Part shown: positions 1 through 8,000 of the stretch, piece by piece
How the letters are laid out: each line of letters opens with the position of its first letter
How positions within the stretch are numbered: the stretch's first letter is position 1
NCBI GenBank assembly: GCA_051530055.1
Contig: CM121341.1
Coordinates: forward strand, 6,054,784-6,118,783
Reading direction: 5' to 3'
DNA from: Neoechinorhynchus agilis
Taxonomy: Eukaryota; Animalia; Acanthocephala
DNA: 64,000 nucleotides
Program-made: the position numbers and the translations under genes
Notes under the pieces: generated by a model
Seen by the model: only the letters and a program-made list of their open reading frames with translations
Told to the model about the DNA's origin: nothing
Databases searched by the model: none

Positions 1-1405
1 TACGAATATAGTCTTCTTTTGCCCGTAGCTACCACGGTTCATGCGATCTATGAAATTCGCTTAAACTTCACCGTTGGTCCTCGAAGTAGTGTCTGTCCAG
101 TCCATTTCGATCCGCGCGTTCCAAATATTGTCTTCTTTTCCCCGTAGTCACCACGGTTCATGAGATCAATGAACTTCGCTTAAACTTGACCGGTGACCCT
201 CGAAGTAGCGTCCGTCCAGTCCATTTCGATCCGCGCGTTCTAAATATTGTCTTCTTTTCCCCGTAGCTATTGCGGTTCATGAGATCTATGAACTTCGCTT
301 GAACTTTACCGTTGGTCCTCGAAGTAGTGTCTGTCCAGTCCATTTCGATCCACCGATTGCAAATATGGTCTTCTTTTGCCCGTTGCTACCACGGTTCATG
401 AGATCTATCAACTTCGCTTAAATTTCACCGTTGGTCCTCGAAATAGTGTCCGTCAAGTCCATTTCGAAACGTCCATTCCAAACATAGTATTATTTTCATC
501 GCAGCAACTACGTTTAATGAGATCTATGAACCTCGCTTAAACTTGACCGCGGGTCCTAGAAGTAATGTCCCTCTAGTCCATTTTGATAAACTGATTCCAA
601 TTATGGTCTTCTTTTCATCCTAGCTACCACGTTTCATGAGATCTATGAACTTCGCTTATACTTGATCGCTGGTCCTTGAGGCAGTGTCCGTCTAGTTCAT
701 TTTGATCCACTGATTCCAAATATGGTTTTCTTCTCCCCGTAGCTACAACGGTCCATGAGATATATGAACTTTCATTCAACCAGGCCGTTGGTTGTCAAAG
801 TAGTGTCCGTCTAGTCCATTTTGATCGACTGATTCCAAATATCGTCTCGATCTATGAACTTCGCTTAAACTTGACGGTCGGTCCTCGAAGTAGTGTCCGT
901 CTAGTCCATTGCGATCCGCTGATTCCTAATATGGTCTTCTTTTCCCGGTAGCTATTGCGGTTCATGAGATCATTGAACTTCGCTTAAACTTCACCGTTGG
1001 TCCTCAAAGTAGTGTCCGTCAAGTCCATTTTGATACGCGCATTTCAAATATAGTATTCTTTTCTCCGTAGCTACTACGTTTCATGAAATCTATGAAATTC
1101 GCTTAAACTCGACCGTTGGTCCTCGAATTAGTGTCCGTCTAATCCATTTCGATCCGCTGATTCGAAATATGGTCTTCTTTTCAAAGTAACTATCACGGTT
1201 AATGAGATCTATGAACTTCGCTTAAATTTCACCGTTGGTCCTCGAAGTTGTGTCGGTCTAGTCCATTTTAATCCGCCGTAGCTACCACGATTTATGAGAT
1301 ATATGAACTTTCCTTCAACCTTGTCGTTGGTCTTCGAAGTAGTGTCCGTCTAGTCCATTTCGATCCGCTGATTCCAAATATGGTCTTCTCTTTCCCCTAG
1401 CTACC
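1..1405. repeat. Degenerate 119-bp tandem satellite, about 12 units, truncated by the window start
   Basis: The motif GTCTTCTTTT recurs at 11, 130, 249 and 368 (period 119). Approximate consensus: GTCTTCTTTTCCCCGTAGCTACCACGGTTCATGAGATCTATGAACTTCGCTTAAACTTGACCGTTGGTCCTCGAAGTAGTGTCCGTCTAGTCCATTTCGATCCGCTGATTCCAAATATG. Units are visibly diverged, with internal deletions near 845 and 1275. Confidence 0.95.
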
Positions 1406-1494
1406 CGTCATCAAAAAATTTCAGTGACGTCATCGAAAAATTTTGGTGACGTCATTCAAAATTTTAGTGACGTCGTCGAAAATTTCGGTGACGT
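1406..1494. repeat. Short arm (about 4 units) of a 21-bp TGACGTCA/AAAATTTT minisatellite, opposite in orientation to the main arm starting at 4408
   Basis: GTCATCAAAAAATTTCAGTGACGTCATCGAAAAATTTTGGTGACGTCATTCAAAATTTTAGTGACGTCGTCGAAAATTTCGGTGACGT. The unit is the reverse complement of ACCGAAATTTTTGATGACGTC. Confidence 0.9.
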
Positions 1495-1501
1495 TGTGGT
1501 G

Positions 1502-1506
1502 GCGAC
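1502..1506. repeat. Target-site duplication GCGAC (left copy)
   Basis: GCGAC lies immediately before the LTR at 1507. The same 5-mer follows the other LTR at 4272-4276. Confidence 0.92.
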
Positions 1507-1655
1507 TGTCGCCTTGTATTCTTTTTTTAGCGACATTTTTTATTCAACACTTAATCGCACACACCTATTTTTAACCCTACATGATAAATCGATTAAGCGT
1601 GTGTTAATCGACCAGTCGACCAATCGATTAAAAACGTGTTAATCGACCTATCACA
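1507..1655 (-). repeat. 3' LTR (149 bp)
   Basis: Plus strand reads TGTCGCCTTG...GACCTATCACA. It matches 4123-4271 base for base by eye and lies next to the PPT. Confidence 0.96.
1539..1544 (-). terminator. Putative polyadenylation signal AATAAA in the 3' LTR (5' LTR copy at 4155-4160)
   Basis: Plus-strand TTTATT reads AATAAA on the element strand, about 32 nt from the LTR 3' end, a typical R/U5 position. Confidence 0.6.
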
Positions 1656-2406
1656 TCTTCTCCCCCTCTGAGATATTGATCATATGGTCTTGTGGGTCTC
1701 CTTCGGTTTCTAGAGCTTCGTCTCAATTCCGGGATCGCTATCTTTTCCTCTGTACCTGTTTCAACTCTATCTTCGCCTTCACAGGTTCTGTCTTCTTTTT
1801 CGATAGGTCGTGGTTCCATAATGTTTTCGCTTTCTTTCTTTTTTTCGGGTTCCTCATCTACTGTCTCTTTTTTTGGTGACTCTTGGTCATGGATTCTCGT
1901 TCTTATTTGATCCGCGTGATATCGCTGTCTATCTTTCCCTGTTTTGATTCGGTACGAGTTTGGTCCAGTCTGAGCTAGGACGATGCCTTCATTCCATTCA
2001 TTTCGTCTGCTATCTCGTACCCAAACTGTATCATTTTCGTCGAATTTCCTTATTTCGCTTTTACCGTCATGTCGCTCTTTCATATTTCTCAGATTTCGTT
2101 TGATCGTCTTCTCCGTTGTTGGTCGTAGGTTATCTAGACATGTGGCTATTCTCCTTCCGAACATTAACTCCGATGGCGCTTTTCCAGTAGTGCTGTGCGG
2201 TGTATTTCGATATGCGAGTAGAAACCTTTGGATGTCTCTCTTTCTATCCGTAGTCTTGGTCAACAGCGGCCTTAATTTTAACGTCTTTATGAATCTCTCC
2301 ACCAATCCATTAGTTTTCGGGTGATATGGGGTTGTTCGCACAGCATCGATTCCATTAGCTTGACAGAACGCTCTGAATTCGTGGCTCGCAAATTGGGGAC
2401 CATTAT
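1628..2406 (-). pseudogene. Integrase C-terminal remnant, out of frame with the upstream ORF
   Basis: The frame reads NNGPQFASHEFRAFCQANGIDAVRTTPYHPKTNGLVERF...FLLAYRNTPHSTTGKAPSELMFGR...WNEGIV...GPNSY...RYHADQI. The Glu in GLVER is 35 residues from the position of the second catalytic Asp, which here reads Asn. The HHCC finger and first Asp are absent. The frame runs through the PPT and stops inside the 3' LTR. No chromodomain is visible. Confidence 0.9.
1656..1669 (-). promoter_or_regulatory. Polypurine tract (plus-strand primer) of the retrotransposon
   Basis: The minus strand AGAGGGGGAGAAGA directly abuts the TG of the 3' LTR. Confidence 0.92.
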
Positions 2407-4152
2407 TCCGTCTTTCAAAAATTTGTTAATCGTGACTCGGAAATCCCCACATAAACGAATTTTCCCCGAAGGTTTCCTAACAACTACTAACGGTGTCAAC
2501 CAATCGGGACTTTCCTTATTGCTATCCACGGGAACGAGGATACCTGCATCGACCAATCGATCGATTTCGTTCTTAACCGGTTGTTGAAGAGAACAAGGAA
2601 TCCTTCTCGGATCCCATTTAACCGGTTGCTTATTCTGCTCCATGAATAATTTCGCCACCATGTTGTTGATAGGTGTGACACTTGGTTCGAAGACAGCTCT
2701 GTAATTTTTCTTAAGGTGCATTATCACGTCTTCATGACTACTTGTTTCCACAACCTTATTGATTTCGATAAATTTAGCTGGTAATTTCATATTGAATGCA
2801 TTTGCCCAATCCAACCCAAATAGACATACAGCAGGTCGTCTTACCACAACCACAGACAACGTCTTCGTCTTGTTCATAGCCGAGACTTTTACCGTACACT
2901 TTCCCATTGGTGATACTTCACTTCCACCGTATGCTCTTAAATTCTCTATATTCGTCAAATTCGGACTTCCTATTGCTTTCCAGACCTTTTCGTTAATGAT
3001 AGAGACGGTGGCACCTGTATCAAACTCCATTCTTATTGGTCTTGCGTTGATCTGTATGTCTAAGCAGGCTACCTTCCTACCGCTCACCCGATTGATTATA
3101 TCCATTTTATCCGCATCCACATCACTATTGATCGATAAGCAAGGGGATCTCGTGCCATTTCGACTTTCTCGCACTTTAAACACTTTTGATCGACAACAAC
3201 GTGCATAGTGCCCGATTTTGTTGCATTTGCGACAACGTGATTTCGTTGCCGGACATCCTGAACCAGGTTTATGTGACCATCCACAATTGTTACAAGCCTC
3301 GTTGTCCAGAGCATCTTTATCTCTGTATACTTTTCGTTGGCTCCATCCCCTCCTTCGAGATTCGAAACTCTTTCCCTCTATCCGATTTATATCCGGATTT
3401 CTAACATAACTTTCCCTGCTTGCGCTGATTATCTTTTGTGCATTATCGCTAGCCTCCATTGTTTTCGCTAATTCTAACAGCCTTTCGAGTGTCATGCCCT
3501 TTGATTGCATTGCTACCCTTCTAAGGGAGTCATTTGGCGTATTCAGTATTACGAGGTCCTTAATCCGATCCTCCACGGCGTTTCTCTCATTCTTAATATC
3601 CTCTGAGAAAAACTTACAACCGCGTGCCGCTCCCCTCAACTCCGTCACCCATTCTTCATGTGTTTGGCATTCCTCCTTCTTCTTGGAGTTAAACATATAT
3701 CGTGTCAAAATCTCAGGAACCTCTGTCTGGAAATGTCGCTCTAACGTCTCCAGTAGTTCACTATATGGCATATTCACTAAGTCTTGAGCGGCTGTTATCT
3801 TCTTTATCGTTTCATATGTGTCAGCCCCAATCCAGGCTAACAAACTTGATTTCTGATACTCGCTTCCGTCAATTCCATTCGCTTTCATGTATTCATTCAC
3901 TTGTTCCATATACTCGCACCACGATTGTTTTGTGGAATCGAATGGTCGGAATGGACTCACTGTCTTCTTTTCTGGGTTTTCTAATTGTCTAGTACATTTC
4001 ATGACTTTGAACATCTCCATAATCATCGCATTCTGTTGCTGCTGTCGCTGTAACAACACTTTGATTTGGGTTGCTTGATCCTTCAGGATTTCGCCCAACG
4101 GGATCCCACCCTCGTCGCCAGATGTCGCCTTGTATTCTTTTTTTAGCGACAT
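2287..4152 (-). CDS. Truncated Gag-Pol polyprotein: Gag with two zinc knuckles, retropepsin protease and RT N-terminal ~75 aa, then an out-of-frame tail
   Basis: The frame is open for 621 codons. Knuckles CNNCGWSHKPGSGC (C-X2-C-X3-H-X5-C) and CRKCNKIGHYARCC (C-X2-C-X4-H-X4-C) lie at about 3193-3294. Protease MEFDTGATVSII has DTG at 3013-3021. The RT start reads RRIP...VKNEIDRLVDAGIL...WLTPLVVVRKPSGKIRLCGDFRVTIN. There is no YXDD motif or RNase H. The start codon is uncertain: ATG 4152 lies in the LTR, and the first ATG after the PBS is about 130 nt further in. Confidence 0.88.
   Translation of the reverse strand: MSLKKEYKATSGDEGGIPLGEILKDQATQIKVLLQRQQQQNAMIMEMFKVMKCTRQLENPEKKTVSPFRPFDSTKQSWCEYMEQVNEYMKANGIDGSEYQKSSLLAWIGADTYETIKKITAAQDLVNMPYSELLETLERHFQTEVPEILTRYMFNSKKKEECQTHEEWVTELRGAARGCKFFSEDIKNERNAVEDRIKDLVILNTPNDSLRRVAMQSKGMTLERLLELAKTMEASDNAQKIISASRESYVRNPDINRIEGKSFESRRRGWSQRKVYRDKDALDNEACNNCGWSHKPGSGCPATKSRCRKCNKIGHYARCCRSKVFKVRESRNGTRSPCLSINSDVDADKMDIINRVSGRKVACLDIQINARPIRMEFDTGATVSIINEKVWKAIGSPNLTNIENLRAYGGSEVSPMGKCTVKVSAMNKTKTLSVVVVRRPAVCLFGLDWANAFNMKLPAKFIEINKVVETSSHEDVIMHLKKNYRAVFEPSVTPINNMVAKLFMEQNKQPVKWDPRRIPCSLQQPVKNEIDRLVDAGILVPVDSNKESPDWLTPLVVVRKPSGKIRLCGDFRVTINKFLKDGIMVPNLRATNSERSVKLMESMLCEQPHITRKLMDWWRDS
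4103..4120 (-). promoter_or_regulatory. Primer-binding site complementary to the 3' end of tRNA-Ser(GCU)
   Basis: The minus strand reads TGGCGACGAGGGTGGGAT, 2 nt inside the 5' LTR. The plus strand ATCCCACCCTCGTCGCCA is the 3'-terminal 18 nt, including CCA, of the metazoan tRNA-Ser(GCU) as I recall it (...GGTTCGAATCCCACCCTCGTCG-CCA). Confidence 0.88.
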
Positions 4153-4271
4153 TTTTTATTCAACACTTAATCGCACACACCTATTTTTAACCCTACATGA
4201 TAAATCGATTAAGCGTGTGTTAATCGACCAGTCGACCAATCGATTAAAAACGTGTTAATCGACCTATCACA
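4123..4271 (-). repeat. 5' LTR (149 bp)
   Basis: Same sequence as 1507-1655. On the minus strand it is followed by TC and then the PBS (TGGCGACGAGG...). Confidence 0.96.
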
Positions 4272-4276
4272 GCGAC
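4272..4276. repeat. Target-site duplication GCGAC (right copy)
   Basis: ...TATCACA|GCGAC|TTCT matches 1502-1506. Confidence 0.92.
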
Positions 4277-4407
4277 TTCTTTCACATTAATGACGGGCAG
4301 CTGTAAGATATTTCCTTTCGCCGAAAGAACGAAGGACAACACACATTTGACCATTGTAAATAACAATAATAAATACTTCGTCTTGATTACGCATCGCCGC
4401 AAAAACA

Positions 4408-5080
4408 TTACCGAAATTTTTGATGGCGTCACCAACATTTATATGACGTAACCGAAATTTTTGATGACGTAAACAAAATTTTTTAATGACGTCACTAAAA
4501 TATTAGATGACGTCACTAAAATTTTTATGACGTCATAGAAAATTGTGATGACGTCACCGAAATTTTTGATGACGTAACTGAAATTTTTAATTACGTCACC
4601 GAAATTTTTGATTACATCACCGAAATTTTATATGACGTCACCGAAATCTTTGATGACGTCACAGAAATTTCTGATGAAGCCACCGAAAATTTTGATGACG
4701 TCACGAAAATTTTTGATGACGTCGTCGAAATTTTTATGACGTAACAAAAAATTTGGTGACGTTACTGAAATTTTTGATGACGTCACCGAAATTTTTGATG
4801 GCGTCACCAAAATTTTTGATGACCTCACCGAAAATTTTGATGACGTCACCAAAATTTTTGATGGCGTCACGAAAATTTTTGATGACGCTAACGAAACTTT
4901 TGATGACGTCACAAAAATTTCAATAACGTCACCAAATTTTTTGTTACGTCATAAAAATTTCGACGACGTCATAAAAATTTTCGTGACGTCATCAAAATTT
5001 TCGGTGGCTTCATCAGAAATTTCTGTGACGCCATCAAAAATTTTGGTGACGTCATCAAAATTTTCAGTAACGTCACCAAA
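4408..5080. repeat. 21-bp minisatellite (consensus about GACGTCACCGAAATTTTTGAT), about 32 units, orientation flips near 4905
   Basis: TGACGTCA or a variant recurs every 20-21 bp, separated by AAATTTTT. Segment 4905-5040 is the reverse complement of about 4650-4785. Confidence 0.93.
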
Positions 5081-8000
5081 AAGAAAAAAGGAGAAGGGGA
5101 AGAAAGAAGAAGATAGAGAAGGACGAAGAAAAAAAAGAAGGGAGAAAGAAGAAGGAGAAGAAGGAGAAGAAGAAGAAGGGAGAAAGAAGAAGGAGAAGGA
5201 GAAAGAATAAGGAGAAGAAGGAGAAGAAGAAGGAGAAGAAGAAATAAGGAGAAAGACGAAGAAGAAGAAGAAGAAGAAGGGACAAGAAGAAAGAAGGAGA
5301 AGAGGAAGAAGAAGAAGAAAGAAGAAGAAAGAAGAAGAAAGAAGAAGATGGAGAAGAACGAAGAAAAAAAGTAGAATGGGGAGAAAGAAGAAGAAGTAGA
5401 AGGAATAAGGAGAAAGAAGGAGAAGGAGAAAAGAAAGAAGAAGGAGAAGGAGAAATAAGAAAGAAGAAGAAGAGAGAAGAAGAAAGAGGAAGAAGGAGAA
5501 AGAAAGAAGAAGAAGAAAGAAGAAAAAGTAAGAAGGAGAAGGAAGAAGGAGAAAAAAGAAGAAGAAATAAGAAAGAAGAAGAAGAAGAAGCAAGAAGAAG
5601 GAGAAAGAAGGAGAAGAAGAAAGAAGAAGAAGAAGAAGCAAGAAGAAGGAGAAAGAAGGAGAAGAAGAAAGAAGAAGAAGAATAAAGAAGGAGAAATACG
5701 AAGGAGAAAGAAGAAGGAGAAGGAAGAAGGAGAAAGCAGAACAAGAAAGAAGAAGAGTAGGAAGAAAGAAGAAGAAAGAGGAAGAAGGAAGAAATTGAAG
5801 AAGAAAGGAGGAGAAAAAGAAGAAGGAGAAGCAAGAAGAAAGAAGAAGGAGAAAGAAGAAAGAAGAAGAACAAGAAAGAAGAAGGTGAAATAAGGAGAAA
5901 GGATGAGAAGGAGAAGAAAGATGAAAAAAGAAGAAGATGATGAAGGAGAAAGAAAGAGAAAGAAGGAGAAGAAGAAAGAACAAGGAGAAGAAAGAAGATG
6001 GGGAAAGAAGAAGGAAAAGAAAGAAGAAGGAGAAGGAGAAGAAGAAGAAAGAAGAAGAGAGAAGAAGGAGAAAGACGAAGAACAAGAGGATAGAAGAAGA
6101 ACAAAGAAGAAAATGGAGGAAGAAGTAGAACAAAGAAGAAGAAGGAGAAGAAGAAGAAAGAAGAAGAAGAAAGGAGAAAGAAGAAGGAGAAGAAGAAGGA
6201 AGAAGAATGAGAATTAGAAAGAAGGAGGAGGAGAAGACGAAAGGAGAAGAAGGAGAAGGAGAAGAAGAAAGAAGAAGAAAGACGACAGAGAAAGAAGGAG
6301 AAGGAGAAGAAGTAAGAAGGAGAAAGAAGGAGAAAGAAGAAGAGGGAGAAGAAGGGAGAAAGAAGAAGGAGAAGAATAACAAAGAAGAAGAAAGAAGAAG
6401 AAGGAGAAGAAGAACAAGAAAGAAGACGATGAAGAAAGAGAAAGAAGGAGAAGAAAGAAGAAGGAGAAGAAGAAAGAAGATGGAGAAAGAAGGAAAAGAA
6501 AGAAGGAGAAGGAAGAAGGAGAAAAAAAGGAAGAAATAAGAAGGAAGAAGAAGAAGCAAGAAGAAGGAGGAAGAAGGAGAAGAAGAAAGAAGAAGAAGAA
6601 TAAAGAAGGAGAAATACGAAGGAGAAAGAAGAAGGAGAAGGAGAAAGAAGAACAAGAAAGAAGAAGAGTAGGAAGAAAGAAGAAGAAAGAAGAAGAAGGA
6701 AGAAGGTGAAGAAGAAAGAAGAAGGAGAAAGAAGAAAGAAGAAGGAGAAAAAGAACAAGAAAGAAGAAGGTGAAATAAGGAGAAAGGATGAGAAGGAGAA
6801 GAAAGATGAAAAAAGAAGAAGATGATGAAGAAGGAGAAAGAAAGAGAAAGAAGGAGAAGAAGAAAGAACAAGGAGAAGAAAGAAGATAGGGAAAGAAGAA
6901 GGAAAAGAAAGAAGAAGGAGAAGGAGAAGAAAAAGAAAGAAGAAGAGAGAAGAAGGAGAAAGACGAAGAACAAGAGGATAGAAGAAGAACAAAGAAGAAA
7001 ATGGAGGAAGAAGTAGAACAAAGAAGAAGAAGGAGAAGAAGAAGAAAGAAGAAGAAGAAAGGAGAAAGAAGAAGGAGAAGAAGAAGGAGAAAGAAGAACA
7101 AGAAAGAAGAAGAGTAGGAAGAAAGAAGAAGAAAGAAGAAGAAAGAAGATGGAGAAAGAAGAAGGAAAAGAAAGAAGGAGGAGAAGAAGAAAGAAGAAAT
7201 AAGGAGAAGAAATAAGAAGAAAAAAGAAGGAGAAAGACGAAGAAAGAAGAAGAAAGAAGAAGAAGGAGAAGGAGAAGAAGAAGACCGAGAAGAAGAAAGA
7301 AGGAGAAGGAGAAAGAAGAAGGAGAAGAAAGAAGGAGAAGAAGAAAGAAGATGGAGAAAGAAGAAGGAGAAGAAGAAGAAAGAAGGAGGAAAAGGAGGAG
7401 AAGAAAAAAGAAGAAGGAGAAATAGAAGGAGAAGAAGAGATGACGTCACAAAAAATCTGATAACGTCATCAAAAAGAAAAAAGAAGAAGAAAGAAGGAGA
7501 AGAAGTAGAAAGAAGAAGAAAGAAGAAGGAGAAGAAAAACAAAAAAGAAGAAAGAAGAAGAAAGAAAAAGGAGATAGAAGAAGAAAAAATGAATTGGAGA
7601 AAGAAGGAAGAAGACGAAATATGAAGGAGAAAGAGGAAGAAGAGGAAAGAAGAAGAAAGAAGAAGGAAGAAGAAAGAAGAAGGTGAAGAAGAAGAAGGAA
7701 GAAGGTGAAGAAGAAGAAAGGAGAAGGAGAAAAAGAAGATGGAGAAGCAAGAAGAAAGAAGAAAGAGAAAGAAGAGGAAGGAGAAGAAGAACAAGAAATA
7801 AGAAGAAGAAGAAGAAAGAAGAAGGTGAAATAAGGAGAAAGAATGAGAAGGAGATGAAGAAAGAAGAAATAAGGAGATAGAATGAGAAGGAGAAAGATTA
7901 AAAAAGAAGAAGAAAGAAGATGAAGAAGGAGAAAGAAAGAGAAAGAAGGAGAAGAAGGATAAGAAGAAGAAAGAAGAAAGAAGAAGGAGAAATAGAAGGG

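Larger units (their letters stand above)
1507..4271 (-). mobile_element. Ty3/Gypsy LTR retrotransposon (Mag/K02A2.6-like), 2,765 bp, internally deleted and non-autonomous
   Basis: Two 149-bp direct repeats with TG...CA ends, a 5-bp TSD (GCGAC), a PBS, a PPT, a Gag with two Cys/His knuckles, an aspartic protease DTG motif, an RT N-terminus and an integrase C-terminal half, in the Ty3/Gypsy order PR-RT-(RH)-IN. The clade assignment is inferred from the short LTRs, the double knuckle and motif style, not from a search. Confidence 0.95.

Noticed and set aside
1-1405. 119-bp unit as a 5S rRNA array or tRNA-derived repeat
   Set aside because: The length matches 5S, and TAGCTACCACGG and TTTCGATCC weakly resemble A and B boxes. 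However, there is no colinear similarity to 5S, no spacer or poly-T terminator arrangement, poor box matches about 80 nt apart, and no cloverleaf.
2406-2430. Programmed -1 frameshift that would join Gag-PR-RT' to the integrase remnant
   Set aside because: The nearby AAATTTTTG is not an in-register X-XXY-YYZ slippery site, and the product would lack the RT core and two catalytic Asp residues. A simple out-of-frame deletion explains the junction.
1676-4078. Plus-strand ORFs antisense to the retrotransposon (e.g. 2759-3208, 1983-2324)
   Set aside because: They are short shadow frames opposite a real coding strand and have no recognisable motifs.
4103-4120. tRNA-Ser gene
   Set aside because: Only the 3'-terminal 18 nt are present, including CCA, 2 nt from an LTR. 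This is a primer-binding site, not a gene.
4277-4407. Small hairpin CTTTCG-C-CGAAAG as a Helitron end or terminator
   Set aside because: The stem is short, no CTRR terminus follows at the right distance, and there is no other Helitron hallmark.
158-4912. Small ORFs 158-343, 1424-1642, 4244-4438 and 4628-4912
   Set aside because: They are translations of the 119-bp satellite, the 21-bp minisatellite (7-aa periodicity) or the LTR and spacer. There is no evidence of coding function.
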